The notes under the pieces were generated by a model that did not search any database, had not been told where the DNA came from, and worked only from the letters and a program-made list of their open reading frames with translations. DNA of 64,000 nt. It comes from Camelus dromedarius (Eukaryota). Where the stretch lies: assembly GCF_036321535.1 (NCBI RefSeq), contig NC_087436.1, forward strand, positions 77,068,001-77,132,000, written 5' to 3'. Below, in pieces: positions 11,300 through 25,605 of the stretch; the stretch's first letter is position 1, and every line of letters starts with the position of its first letter. The translations under genes and the position numbers were made by a program.

Positions 11300-12273
11300 A
11301 TGATAGGGTTAATCCTATGTAACTAACCTGCTACCAAGTGGCTGGCTAAACCTCAAGCCCTGAGTTTCTCATTTTCTTTTCCCACAGCCTTCAGCACACT
11401 TAGAAGCAACCAACGCCATGATATTTCTTATTAACACTAAGTTATCCTTTGGTAGCCATCACCTGGTTATTCCAAACCCTGTCTTAATTACAAGTCTCTA
11501 AAGGTGATAAATTAAATAACTTGCCTCTGCATTTCACTGACTATAGTATAGGCTTTCCTACTGTAATCAGGATTTATAATACCTTTAATAAGATGAGAGA
11601 ATCAATTCCAGGTAACCCAGAACCAATTCAGAGAACCCATCCTTGAATTTCTATTCCTTTGGAACCATTGCCAGTAGCTAATTGTGACTCATTCAGGGTT
11701 CAGTCAGAAAATTAGAACACACACACACACATATGTATTTGTATATGTAGATATATGTGTGTCATATGTATATAATTTTTCAGTAGATATTTGACCTTAC
11801 ACAATTATGAGAACAATTTAAATGGTCCATGAAAGGCTGTTTCCTTGGTGTCTGGTACTGGAGCTTGAAGTCATCAGGACAGACGGCCATGAAGGGAAGG
11901 TACATGAAAAGTGGAGGAAGCAAGGGCAAACAGACCTGCAATGATGAGCTAGAATTCATAAGGACAAAATGGAACTTGGATTAGGCCCTCACCTCCTCTG
12001 CACCTCCAACTTTGATGGTAGGGGACATCTGTAGAAGAAGCAGACACCTTTAGTCAAAGGGATAAACATAGTCATGCACCTAGCCCAGGAATTGTAGGAG
12101 GTGAAGGAGAAGATCCTGCAAGAGCTAGAACAATAAGGCTGCTCCTCTTGTGTCTTCCAAACCTATTGCAAATGTCTCTTGTAGCCCAGCCTAATCTGTA
12201 ACTATCTAACAGAGGAAAATTATGGAAAATCAGCTCCAGCTTAGCCAGGTTGACAGAATACAAATTCACTACA
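11300..12273 (-). mobile_element. MLT2-like ERV-L LTR (11683-12273) with adjacent internal sequence
   Basis: tg...cagggttcagtcagaaa start, (ca)n/(ta)n tract and cttagccaggttgaca...aca end; adjoining ccaattcagagaacccatccttgaatttcta resembles the ERV-L leader. Confidence 0.65.
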
Positions 12274-12329
12274 TCTGCCACATTTTAATTTTCACAAGGA
12301 GAATATATTTATGTCTGACTTGTATAATT

Positions 12330-12985
12330 AAAAATTAATAAAAAGAAAAGCATATAATTTTTTAAATCATTTTATAGGACTTGTGTAACCCTGACATCAA
12401 TCTAGAAAAGGATAGCACAAAATGGAAAGCTAAAGACTAATTTTACTTATGAACTAGATGAGAAGAAATGAAAAATGAATCTAAGACTATATTAAGAAAT
12501 AATAGATCAGAGACTAGTAAAGGCTATTCTTAAGTGGTGTGATTTATCATAGGAATGCAAGGATGAGCTCATGACGCTAATAAATTAAAAAAGAAAATTC
12601 TATGATAACCTCTACAGGTGCAGAAAAAGTGTAGGATAAAATTCTAACCTCACTCATCATAACTTGAGAAATAGTATATAGCAAATACTTGTAGTAAACT
12701 GCATATTCGGTTGTTAAACATTTGAATGTTTAGTCTTTGAATAAGAGACAAGATAAAAGTGCTTGCTGATACTCAACTTTTTTATTGGCAGTCTGGCCAA
12801 AGCAATGCTATAATGAAAGAAAAGTGTCATAAATATTTGGAAGAAGGAGTCAGAATATTATTAATTGTAGGTAATAATTGATTATCTACAATAAAAATGC
12901 CAGAAAATTAACTGGAACTTATTAGAACAAATCAGTGAGTTTAGTAAAGAAATCTAAGATTGAGCTACAACAGTAACTCTCTTCT
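12330..12985 (+). mobile_element. ancient L1 ORF2 fragment
   Basis: Degenerate RT-region motifs: ataggaatgcaaggatg, gtgcagaaaaagtgtaggataaaatt, acttattagaacaaatcagtgagtttagtaaa. Confidence 0.6.
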
Positions 12986-13919
12986 CTAGCAATAAACAAC
13001 ATAACAAAAGACACAAACAAAAGCTAACAGAACCTTGGTCTCCTGTGGGGCAATGCTCAATGTTCTAGTGGTTATAGACTTTTCTTCTTTTTTCTTTTCG
13101 GATGAGAAACAACTGAGTGCCCTGGATGCTGGATGCCCCTTGTCCCATATTCCTCCATAAAGAGTATGGCTCACACCACCTAATAACACACAAAGTTCAT
13201 TTCCTTATCTACACCTTGCTTCCATCCACTGAGAAACATTGTACAAGGCTCTTGCATCAGGGTCACAGCCACATAGAGGAAGGAATTGGCTCTGGCACAA
13301 AGGCTGTATAGAGGGGTGGTATAGCCTAAAACCAGTAAGGGAAATAAACTGTGAATATGCAAATCCATAACCTTCTGGGAACCTGTAGGTCTGAGGCAGC
13401 TACACAGGCTTCTGGCATGGAACCCTGGAATCCCAGTCCAACATCAAGGACCAAGGCTGCAGAAACTTGCAGGTGCCATTCCATTGCACATCCTTGGGGC
13501 CATATGTTGATCCCAGCAGCTGAGAGAAGAATTCATCTCAGAATAACAGTCTACTCAGAATTAAGTCTTCCGTAGACATTTGCTTCCTACTTGGTAGGGT
13601 CTACCTTTGCCACATGTTGTTTTATAGTTTGTGTGTGTTAATGAAGTCTTTTCTTTAGGGGTGAACTGTCTCTGGGTTCTGCTTTGCATGATGCCAACTT
13701 ATAACTAAAACTCCCAAACTGCTAACATCCAAAAGTTAGTGACTCATGATCACATGAGAAAAGAAACATTAACATTTAATAGGAGATTACTGCTTTATTT
13801 ATATGCCTTGACTATCATGGCTAATCACTGGTTTTTACTAGGATGAACTGTTATAGTCAAAACCATTAGAGTTTTAGAGTTTAATAAAAAAATGATAATA
13901 TGTTTACCTTTCCAAAAAA

Positions 13920-16250
13920 AAAAAAATTGGAATCCCAGAAGGATCAGAGAGAAACAGGGAATAAAATATATTTGAAAAAATGACTAAAAAGTTTCCAAAT
14001 ATTGTGAGAACTATAAATCCATAGGGCAAGGAATACACTGCATTCCAAGGGGAATAAATGCAAAGAAACCACTCCAAGGAATATCTTAAAATTATTGAAA
14101 ACCAGTGATAAAGAGAAAATCTTAAAGAAATCTAAAGTAAAATTGCTGAAAACCAGTGAAATGAGTAAAATCTTAAGGGAATCTAATCTAAATCTACATA
14201 ATTTATTCGACACATTATGTAGAAAGAAACAAAGGCAGTAAAAATTGAACTTTTCATCAGGAACAGTATAAGCCATGGGACAATGGGATGACATCTTTAA
14301 AGGGCTTTCAGGTAAAAAGTCAACCTGGAACACTAATCCAGCCAATACATCTTTCAAAAATTAAAGTGAAATAAGAAATCAAAGAGAAAAAAATTCCTGG
14401 AGACAAATACAAATGAAAACATAGCCATCCAGAATCTTTGGGACAAAGGAAAATTAGTTCCAAGAGGGACTGTATAAAAATATAAGGCTACCTCAGGAAA
14501 CAAAAAAAAAATTTTTCAAATGTAAACAACCTAACTATACACCTGAAGGAACTAGAAAAAGAAGAACCAACAAAACTCAAAGTGAGTAGAAAGAAAGAAA
14601 TCATAAAGATCAGAGCAGAAATAAATGAAATAGACTTAAAAAAAAAAGGAAAAGATCAATGAAACGTAAGAGTTGTTTCTCTGAAAGATAAACAAAATTG
14701 ATAAGCCTTTAGCCAGACTCATCAAGAAAAAAAAGAGAAAGCCCAAATAAATAAAATCAGAAATGAAAAAAGAGAAGTTACAATGGACATAGCAGAAATA
14801 CAAAGAATCATAAAAAGCAAAGGACTACTACAAACAACAATATGCCAATAAAATGGACAACCTAGAAGAAGTGGACAAATTCCTGAAAACCTAATACTTT
14901 CCCAAGACTGAACCAATTAAAAAAAAAGAAAATATGAATAGACCAATCACCAGTAACGAAACTGAATCAGTGATAAAAGAAACTCCCAACAAACAACAGT
15001 CCAAGACCAGATGGCTTCATAGGCGAATTCTACCAAACATTCAGAGAAGAGTTAACACCTATCCTACTTAAATACTTCACAAAAGTGAAGAGGAAGGAGT
15101 GCTTCTGAACTCATTCTGTGAGGCCAGCATCACCCTGAGACCCAAACTAGACAAAGATACAACAAAAAAAGAAAATTACAGGTCAATATCACTGATGGAC
15201 ATAGATGCAAAAATCCTCAACAAAATATTAGCAAATTGAGTACAACAGTACATTTAAAGGATCATACACCATAATCAAGTGGGATTTATCCCAGAGATGC
15301 AAGAATGGTTCAGTATCCACAAATAAATCAGTGTGATACAGCATGTTAACAAACTGAAGAATAAAAATCATATGATCATCTCAGTAGAGGCAGTAGATTA
15401 AGAGGTACAAAATTCCGGCTGCATGGAAGTGAGTGAGTCATGGTATGAAATGTACAGTGTGGGGAGTAAAGTCCACAACTATGTAATATCTGTAGACTTG
15501 TTGTGGTCATCAATTTGCAATGTATAGAAGTATCACATTACTCTGTTGTGTTAGTGGAACTAACACATTTAGTATTTATACTAAACTAATTTAGTATAAT
15601 AGATCAATTATCCTTAAAAACGAACAAACAAACATACTTATAGAAAAAGAGATCAGATTTGTGCTTACCAGAAGTTGGGGGTGGGTGAGGGGGAATTGAA
15701 TGAAGGCAGTGAAAAGGTACAAGCATCCAGTTATAAGAGAAATAAGTACTAGGGATGTAATGTAAATGATAATATAAATATAAGTAACACTGCTGTATGT
15801 TATATATGAAAGTTGTTAAGAGAGTAAATCCTAAGAGTTCTCATCACAAGGAAAAAATACTTTTTATATTTCTTTTATTTTGTATCTATATAAGATGATG
15901 GTTGTGCACTAAACTTGTAATCATTTCATGATGTTTGTAAGTCAAATCATGCTGTACACCGTAGACTTAACACAGTGCTGTATGTCAATTATATCTCAAT
16001 AAAGCTGCAAAAAAATTAAGGTGAAATAAATATTTTTTTCAGTCAAACAAAAGCCAAGATAATTTGTTGTTAGCAGACCTTTATTATAAGAATTGTGAAA
16101 GTTTTTTAGGTAGAGGGAAAAATCATATATCACTAGGAAACTTGGGTCTATACAAAGGAATGAAAATCACCAGAAATGCTAAATATGTGAATAAATAAAA
16201 TGTTTTGTTTCTCAGTTTCTTTAAAGATAATTTCTTTAAAGATGATTGGC
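13920..16250 (+). mobile_element. old L1 ORF1 remnant interrupted by a younger L1 (14375-16010)
   Basis: ORF1-like sequence on both sides; TSD aaaaattaa(a/g)gtgaaataa at 14356-14374 and 16011-16029; the insert is ORF2 linker/early RT joined to a 3'UTR. Confidence 0.8.
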
Positions 16251-17914
16251 CATTTAGAGAGATGACTTGTGATTCCACCAGTTAGAACATGGTAATGGTT
16301 AAGTGGGGAAACTCCAACTTCAACTTCCTAGTTGTTTTTTCAGTAGGTCTTGTCATCTGTCGCAGTTTACAGTAGTGTCGATGAGTGCAGGGCTATCCAG
16401 ATGATTTCGTGTGGCCCAGGGAAGGCACACAGGAATGTATAATTCACTCCATATACAAAGTTAATACAGCAACGTTTTAACGGCCTTTATCGTAGAAAAT
16501 ACTGTTGACCACAAGTAACTTACATTCCACTAGAAGAGCCCCACAGTCTCTCAGAGATCAGCTGTGAGTTCTTCCCATAAGCGCACTTTCAGTAATATAT
16601 TTAAGAAAATTTAGACTCAAATTGTCTCACTTTTGTAAATCAAACTCCAAGTCTGCATTGCTTTGTCTGTTAAATATTAATTCCACTAGGTGGAGGCATT
16701 TGCTTAGTTTTGTGGTTCACACTAAAGAAGCCTGGAATAGCAGGTATAATAAGCAGGAAAACAAGTCAGGAAGAAGGCAAGGAGCCTCCCAAAGCCTGGT
16801 GCTTTGCATTGTATTAACTTGGCAGATGCATCCATATTGCTGTAGAGTTTGGTATTTGCTTTCGAGTGTTTAGCAAAGCAAAGTAGCAAGTTTTCTATTT
16901 TGTTTAAATAGTTTGAACTTTAAAGTAGTCACTATGGGTTGAATAGATTATTAGCCATGCATCTTAAGTTTTCTCTTTTAATTCTGTTAGATAATTCTTG
17001 CATTCAGTGATGTATTAAGTAAGGATAAATGTAAAATATATGCTGTTTTCATCATATTTCAGACATTCATGTTTAAGATGATAATGTAAGGATCATTATT
17101 AACATATACCTATTTTTATGTAACACTTTATACTCGTAGTACATTAAATTAGCCTTTATATTAGTAACTTCAAGTAAAATGTCACCTCTTCAAGTTATGG
17201 GAAAATGGTATTCTTTTTTGAATATGCTATGCAAGTGACAGAAATGTGTGAGACAATTCTTAAAGTAAAATATAAAAGGTCTAAAGGATTGTGGGGAGAT
17301 TTTGTTTTCAGCTTGAAACTTTTTGTGGTCATCTTCTTGGGTTTCTACTTTTCTGTTTTTATTGGTACCAACATTATATGGAAACTATCTTTCTACTCAG
17401 ATGGGAAATTCATCTGCTTTTTATTTTGTATTTGAAGTTATAATGCTCTGTGTCATCAGTTAATTGACTTCAAGGAAATAAGTCTGAAATGTTGAACTTT
17501 CTGAAAGCAACCCAATTTTCTTTTTGTGCAATTGGTTTTTAAAAAAATCTTTTTTTTGTGTGAATACTATTGTCTCTAGTTTTATTGTTTTAAAGATACT
17601 TTATTAATTATATACAGCTGTTCTTATAAATTGATTAAAAACACAACAGACTTTTGTCCTCCCGTCCCTTAGAGAAAATTTATTTAAGATTCATGTTATT
17701 ATTATTTTTTTGGTTTTACATCTCTGGGAAAGGGATGACAAATCATGTTTATAAAAGTATTGTTAGAAAGAATTCTAACTTTTTGTATTTAATAGATCTT
17801 GTCTCCTTTTTAAATAATACATTTGATTTTTCGTTTCAAACAATTATTCATATACATTAGATAAAATAAGATGTCTCATTCATCTGCAAATCCAACAATT
17901 CATATTCTTTTTAG

Positions 17915-18045
17915 GATGAAGGCCTGGCCCGCCAGTTGGTGGAGCTAGGCTACCGAGGGACTGGAGAGGTGGTAAAAAGGGAAGATTTTGAAGCAAGGAA
18001 AGCAGCTATAGAGATTGCAAGATTGGCTGAAAGAACTCAGAAAAC
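17915..18045 (+). CDS. CFAP299: CFAP299 coding exon 2
   Basis: Acceptor attctttttag|GAT; 131 nt encoding DEGLARQLVELGYRGTGEVVKREDFEARKAAIEIARLAERTQK plus 2 nt; donor AC|gtaagt; in frame with exon 1 and matches the recalled CFAP299 sequence. Confidence 0.95.
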
Positions 18046-18865
18046 GTAAGTGTCCACATTCCAAATTCAGCTTTTGTATTATATTGTAGAGTCTCTGGAA
18101 AAATCCAGTTTGGTTGGCATTGTTGTAATTTAGAAACGTTGGTTGGAGCAGGTGGGACTTGGAATATTCTAAGCATGTGTTCTGCAGATCAGAAACCAGA
18201 AGAACTGTGATATGGTTGCAAGAGGGCCACGTGCAACTTTGAGCTACTGGTTTAAGTATGGCCATCATACCAATAAAGTCTTGTTAAAACATAACTCAGT
18301 ATTATTGACTTTACGTAGTTATATACTAGAAATATGAGTGACTTTTGCCTTAGAGTTCTTTGTACTTTTGTTTTTGAGTTCTTTGTACTTTTGAGGCCTA
18401 AATCCTTGGTATCATTTATGTTCTCACATTTTTGTAAACATCAATTCATTGAACTCTATTAATGATCACTGGCTTTTGTTAATGTGACTTATACATGGTT
18501 ATATAAAATATGAATCCAATAAAGTACATTAAATATATTAAGAAAGAGATGTACACCTGAAGTGATAAGACGTTTGGAAAACGACTTGGCAAGGTAATTG
18601 TCTATTTACTTTTTAAAAATGAATGCTAAAGTTTTAAGTGTTGGAGAGGATAATTACTTAGAAATGGGTGTATTATTCTTAGATAACATTTAAAAAATAC
18701 CCAGTAATTATGGGTTGAAGTCTCCTATGTATTTATTAAAAAAATAACATTTGGTAGTGGAATGTGAATTGGCTCTGGGAATGTGCAATTTTAATTGATC
18801 GTTTTAGTGGTTCTTGTGTTTCAGAACTGTAGAGTATTGGAATTTAATATACCGACATTCTGTAA

Positions 18866-19470
18866 CATATTAGTTTTCTATTGCTGCCATAACACATTAC
18901 TACCAAATTAGTGGCTTAACACAACACAAAGGTATTTCTTCATAGTCCTGTAGGTCAGAAGTCAGAGCACAGTGGCTCAGCTGGTTCTCTGCTCGGTGTA
19001 TCACAAGGTTGAAATCCTGGTGTTGGCTGGAATGAGTTCTTCTCTGGAGGCTCTGAGGATGAGTCTACTTCTACACTTGTTTAGGCCAATTTCAGTTCCT
19101 TGTGATTTTAGGACTGAGGTCTCGTTTCCTTGTCATCTGTCGATCTGGGGACTCATCTTTGCTCCTGTAGGCTCCCACGTTCTTTCTTAGGCTCTCCATG
19201 TGGTCACCCTCCAGCAGGAGTGTACCAACCTTTACATTTATCTGACCTCTCCTTACACAATGTCTTTCCTGACTTCAGTCACAGAAAGATCCATCCTTCT
19301 AAGGACTCATGTGATCACGCTGGGTCTATCTTGATAATCCACGATAATCTCCCTGTTTTAAGGTCTGTAGCTTACATCTGCCAAGTCCCTTGTATTATGT
19401 AATGTAATATATTAACAGGTTCTAAGGCTTAAGGCATTGGCATCCCTGAAGGGGCCATTCTTCTTACCAA
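18866..19470 (-). mobile_element. MaLR solo LTR (MLT1-type)
   Basis: tattagttttctattgctgccataaca...gtggcttaacacaacaca...gtcagaagtc...ataatccacgataatctccc...ggggccattct. Confidence 0.85.
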
Positions 19471-20235
19471 AGGTAGTTTATATAAAACTTCAATAATTTA
19501 TTCAGCACAATTACACTTGACTTCTATTCACAGAAAATTGAAATGATGCAAAGTACATGTGTACATGTGATGTGTCTTATATAAAACATCAGGGGAGTCT
19601 TCTCTTTCTGTAGGTATCAATAAATGTTTATCAGTCAGAAGTAGAAGTATAGAGTTTTTTGTGAGATTTTATAAGGAATTAATATATATTCATGTTTTAT
19701 TAGAGATGTGTCCTATTGTGTATCAAGAGGAGCTGGTCATGTCTAAAGTGTAAATTCTATCTAGGTACACGTCCATTTTGTGTTTGGATCAAAATGAGTA
19801 TTTATTCTATGTAGTCGTGTCTTTAACTGGCCAGAGCTGGAAGTCATCAGACTACTTATTCCACCCGGAGCTGCTAGCATCGGAAGCCTTTTCATCTGCA
19901 CATCTTCTCATCTCCTTTGTGGGGATGGGCCCCATATGTTTCCTCTTGTCCCACGTGGGAGTTACTTTGTTTCCTTCCCTGCCAGGTCCATTGTGTTATT
20001 GGCAGCAGGGCCAGCAGAGTGTGGACACCAAATATGTCCTGTGTCCATATTTGCGTGAGGATCACTTTGAAAACATGCCAACTGGTACCAACTTGGAAAC
20101 ACTTGATTCTACTATCAGATTATCGTACATACTTTTGTGCTGTGTGAGTGAGCAGCCCCAGGTAGATCACAACCCTCTTCTCTAGCACTTACAGAGCACC
20201 CATTTCAAGAAGTGCTGGCACCTAAGAGTGTGGCT

Positions 20236-23200
20236 TGTCACAGATTAGCTTCTCCAGGAAGCAGAAAATGAGAGGAGTACAGAAGGCTTGCTGGGGAAGT
20301 AACACCTGTGAAAGGGAAAGTTAGGAAACAGCACTAAGCAAGGTCAGAATCTTGATGCCAAAGTAACATGGACTCTCAGCACAGCAGAAAGCACCAGAGT
20401 GAGAGTTGTCCATTAAAGGAGTCCCACATTGGGTGAAATGTCAGGCCCTAGTACCTCGACTGTACCCAGCCATTGTCTGGGGCTGTCCCTCGAAAGTGTG
20501 AGCTCAGCTTGAAACTGAGGCAGACCCTGGAAGGGTTACAGGCTGAAGGCTCTCAGCTCAGCACTCCTCACAGCCAGGTGGTGAGGCCTTTCTCCCCGGG
20601 GTATCTTAGTGATGTGTCCTGTGCCTGCCACAGTTTGCCCCTCGTGATGTTCAGATCCATTTTGTGCGTGTAGGGACCAGCAATTCCAGAGCACCGAGGG
20701 CCTCTCTCCCTGAGAGGAGACTCAGAAGGGGAAAGTTAGTGAGATGAGCTACAGTCCCCATCACTGCTGGTTTGAGGGCCAGAGCTGGTTCTCATCATCT
20801 CATTCTGCTATCTGTCCTAAGTTCTGTGCCTTCAGCTGTCACCTCTCTGAGTCTCAATCATGAGAACGAGGAGGCCCTGGTAATCCTACCCTCCCTTGGC
20901 TGGGGTTGCTGCATTTCTCATTCTCATTTAAAATTCTGTAAGGGAATATCAAAAGTTGCCCGAGTGAGTCCCTCGAGTTGTCACTTGTTACTCTGCACCC
21001 CCATTCTGTAACAGCAGTCCCCTGAACTGATCAGCAACAATTACTCTTCACAAGATAGTGCCCCTGCTTCTTGCCTGCTGGCCCTTGGGCATAAGAAGCC
21101 CAAAGTGCTCATGTGGCAGCCATGGTTTTTAGTTCAGTGAGACACTTGCTGTTTTCCCTGGTGAGAGTGTTCTGAAAGATGGCACCTTACCCATGAACAA
21201 TATTGCCCCTAAGCTGACGATTCAGCTGTGCCTTCACTGGGCCGTTCCAACACTTTCAGGCTGACAGCTTCCGATGGGGCAGTATGTGATGTGGCCAGAG
21301 GATCCCACGGTCATGAACTCCCTCCCACACCTCTGTGTTGTAAAGTGGGTTCCCTGGTTGGGATGCTGTGTTGTATTGGATTCCCTGCCGTGGACTAGGC
21401 ATTCTGTAAGCACCTAGATAGTGGCTCCAACTGAGGCCAAGGGAGACAGAAGAGGCACACTCATACCTGGAATAGGTAAGTACTCTTGTGGTAGTGAACT
21501 TTTGTCCACAGACAAAAGACAGAAAGGGCCCAGTGTAGTCAGATTAACTCCATTGTTCTCCTTGAGAAATAGGCCCTACCAGGGACTCAGTATTGGTCTT
21601 TGCTGCTGGCATAGCCTGGAAAACTTATGAAATGACAGACCCCACTCTTTGTAGGGTTTATCTGTCCTCCAGAGTATGTCTTATAAAAGCAATGTGACAG
21701 CTACCTCTTGTTCATTCTTCCAATCAGTGTGATGTCACTGATGAAATTAATCAATGTGATGTTTTGTGGGATGTCCAGTTGGACCAGATTCCATTATGAC
21801 AGGTGATAGAGAGTTAGTATAGCCTTGAGGCAAAACTGTGGGTGAATATTGTTGTCTGTTTAATGTGAATTCATTGATTTTGACCTCATTTCCCAATTGG
21901 GATAGAAAAGAACTCACTCACCAAATCAGTAGCTACATACCATGTACCTGAAGTCATATTAATTTGTTCTAGCAGCCAGCATGGCACCTGCAGTCAACAC
22001 TGCTACTTAGATGAGCTTGTGGTTGTCTACATTCTCCAGGATCCAGTGTGAGGATTATGCCAACTGCTAAGTTTGACAGTCTAAATTAGAAATTCGACTC
22101 AGTTATCCCTGGGTGGATCCATGGACACAGTAGACCTATTATAAACCAACCCTTGACCATGACTCCATTTGTTATCTTACCTCCATATGTCTTTACTCTA
22201 ACAGTAGGACCGTGATGATGCTTTGGATCTCCAGATACCAATCTCAGCTGTGACCTTGCATCCAATAGTCTATCAACTATCTGGGTATTCTCCTTTCCTT
22301 AGTGTCTACTCATTTAAGTAAATGGTTAAAAGGTCCTTTTGGGGAAGAAAAGAGGGAATCATTGTAATGGATACTTTATATAGCTTTACAGGTCCATTCC
22401 TTTAGGACTTGGTAACTTCTTCAGTCAACAGGTTCTTAGTCTGAAAACTGGATCAGGTATGGATACTGGGCAAGACATCCTGACTTTCTATTGGGATGAC
22501 TGCCTTCAGTGTCAGATAATCAACTTTGATTTCTTATTGTGATACAAATTGAATAATACCATTTTTGGCTGCCCATCTGTTTTGCCCAAAGGAATGCCAT
22601 GTTCAATAAACCAACTCTATAACTTTCTGTAGGTTCCCTAACCTTGGCAACCACTCTAACCTCATGGGTCTTTATAATAATTACAAGCATCTGGATTCCT
22701 GTGGTTAAGCTCCACCTCTTAGCTTCTATTACATCAAGACACCATTATTCCCATTCTTCTCAGCAAGCCAGGGTCTGTGACAGGCTCTTTTACATTTAGC
22801 CCTGGACTGCATTGGAGAGCCACTACTGAACTTCTTTCTTAGTGATTCTGGTGCCATTCTGACAAGCACATTTCTGATGGCCTTGGTGACTGGGTATCCT
22901 CTGTGTCCTTCCATGGACCATAATCCTATAGTGGATCTTCTGGTCTCACAGAATATGTCCATTGTAGCATGCCCATTTTCCTAAGCCTTTTAATTTATTC
23001 CTCAAAATTTGTCCCTGCAATTTAGACATTTCAGTTGTACTCGTTGTGGGCCATTGCTTGTTCCAGGTTCCTTGGAGTCACCCTAACAATGAGCTAAGTG
23101 ATCCCATCTTCTGGGATCCTTACCAAAATGCTGTATCTTGTGTTCTGAGAGAGTGCTGGGAGTCAACAAACTGATTTGTTCAGTCTTAGGTCTGGCTTCC

Positions 23201-24455
23201 CTGTGTAGAATCCACAGAATCTAGTCCCATGAGCACTCCCCCAGTCCTGCTAGTATGTGTTGTCTTGGTCTTGCAGCTCCTTTGGAATCATGTTCCTTTC
23301 CTTACTTACCAGATGTGTCCCTGGCTGTGACTTAACCCTCTTATAGGCCTGGTGGTCAGAAGTGGAAGTGGGATATCTCCTGAGGTGGACACATGTCTTA
23401 TGGGAGAAAGGACTCTGTTTTCTTATTGCATTGCTGCTGCTGATGGTGGGTGTTTCCTAGATCTTATCGGAGAAAGCTAGGCTACTTCTTTAGGTTCAGA
23501 AGATTCAGAGGTCTGGGGAGGTCAAAATTTTCAGGAGCAGCTACTCAGTTGTCTCTATTCCATGGGTCAGGATCCCAGATTTTCCTAATCAGAGCTCTGA
23601 TTTTGATGTAGCAGACCTGCCCCTGCTGGCATCCAGTTGTCTCTGGACTTTAGCCACTGTGCCTATCAAGTCCTATGCTTGATCTTTATTTTCTACTTCC
23701 CCACTGCATGAGATGAGGACCTCTTTGGCTTTCTTACTTTGTTGCAGTTGTTGGTTAATTGCTCTTAGCTTTGCATTATTAACTTATAGGGCATCGAAGC
23801 AATTTAGCAATAATTATCTAATTCCATTGTTCTTATATTTATCATTCTCTATATATTTCAAATGCCCAAATCATCCCATTGGCTTAGACATTCCAGTCTA
23901 ATTGCATAGCATTCCAGCTTACCACATGAGGACGTTTTAACAGTTGGACTGCCACCTTGTGCTGGGGTTGTCTGCATGCCACTTACTTCCAGGGCTTTGG
24001 ATCTCATTACTAGAGGGTTCATGGTGAGAGATCCAGTTCCCAAACCCCATCTTACTGGCTTCTGTCTCAGGCTACTCCAGATACAACCTGTCACAGACTA
24101 GACTGTTTGGAAAGCAGGCACAGAAATGACTTAAGAATTCAAAAGGCTAACTGGGAGTAATAAACATAAAAGGAAAAGGGTGGAAGCAAGATTGGATAGG
24201 GTGAGTTGTCAGACCTTAATGCCCACTTGGCAGTCTCTGCCAGATCAGTGGAAGGTCTGCAAAGCAAAGACTGCCTGTTGAAGGGGTCCCACAATTGGGG
24301 GATATAGGTCTTTGAACCATTGTCTTTTTCAGTGATTTGTGAAGGCTACCCCAAGAACAGTAGGACGTCTGCTCAATTGCTGAGGCTGACCAAGAAAGAG
24401 TTAACTAAAAGCTGTCAGTTAACCACGCTCCTTGAAGCCAGGCAGCAAGTCCTTT
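20236..24455 (-). mobile_element. degraded ERV-L provirus (LTR16/ERV3-16A3-like) with two LTRs
   Basis: Related LTRs start tgtcacaga at 20236 (to 20632) and at 24089. Minus-strand remnants: gag QVCYIKIRALIRKIWDP (~23560-23620), protease RLLDARSQLRLVSGDPKHHHGP (~22207-22271), RT ATDLVSEFFSIPIG (~21895-21934) and LINFISDITLIG (~21720-21755). Confidence 0.8.
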
Positions 24456-24479
24456 TATTTTTATAATTTTATGATTCAT

Positions 24480-25580
24480 TTTTAAGAGTCAGATTTATTG
24501 GTGTTTTTAAAGTATTTAATTTGATGAGTTCTGACAAATACAGTAGTGTGACCCCTACCAAAATCAAGATAAGAACATTTCTATCACCCCCAAAAGTTTC
24601 CTCACGCCCTTGTATTTATGCCTTCGTGTCAGTTCCTGACAACCACTTGCCTGATTTCTGTACCTAGAGTTTTGCCTTTTCCAGAATGGCATATAAATGG
24701 AATCATACAGTATGGAGCCATTTTTTCACTAAGTATAAGGCTTTTGAGACTACGTGGTTACATGCATATTTGTTGTTTTTTTGCTGAGTAATATTTTATT
24801 TTATGGATGGACAATGATTTGTGTATCCATCCTTTCTCCACTTGATGGATAGTTGGTTGTTAGTTTTAGGCTTCTCTGATAAACCTGATGTAAATATTTG
24901 CAAATAGGTCTTTGTAAAGACATATATTATCTTAGGTAAATACCCAAGAGGGGATTGCTGGTTCATATGGCAGGTGTATATTTAATTTTATAAGAAATTT
25001 TCAAATGGGTTTCCAAAGTGTATTACTTTCTCATTAGCAAGGTATGAGACTTCCATTTGTACTTCCCAGACAGTGCACATGGTATTTTCGGGTTAATAAC
25101 TTCAGCCAAGATAGCAGGTATAGTGGTTGGTATTGGATTATAGTTTAACATGTAGTTCCCTACTAATTAATGATACTGAGCATCTTTTGATGTGCTTCTT
25201 CGTCATCCATAAGTCTTCTTTGGTGAAATATCTTTTTATTATTGACTATAAGTGTTCTTTATATATTCTGGTTACAAGTTCTTTGCCAGATACACATTTT
25301 GTAAATATATTCTCTCTGTGCATTTAAAACTTTTTTTTTAACGGTGTCTTTCAAATAGTAGAAGATTTTAATTGAGATGAAGCACAACTTAACAATTTTC
25401 CTTTGTGGTTCAGGGTTATTTTGTGTGTGTAATATTTGAGTATTACAAGGTCACAAATATTTTTTCCTATATTTTCTTCTAGAACTTTTAGAGTTGCAGG
25501 TTTTGTATTTAGATATATAATCAACTTTGAGGGTTTTTTTTTTTTTTTGGTATATTTTTCAAGGTAAGGGTCAAGGATTT
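24480..25580 (-). mobile_element. L1 3' end (L1MB-like)
   Basis: aacatttctatcacccccaaaagtttcctc, catataaatggaatcatacagtat, gatactgagcatctttt. Confidence 0.8.
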
Positions 25581-25605
25581 TTTTGTTTTGTTTTGTTTTT
25601 AAATT

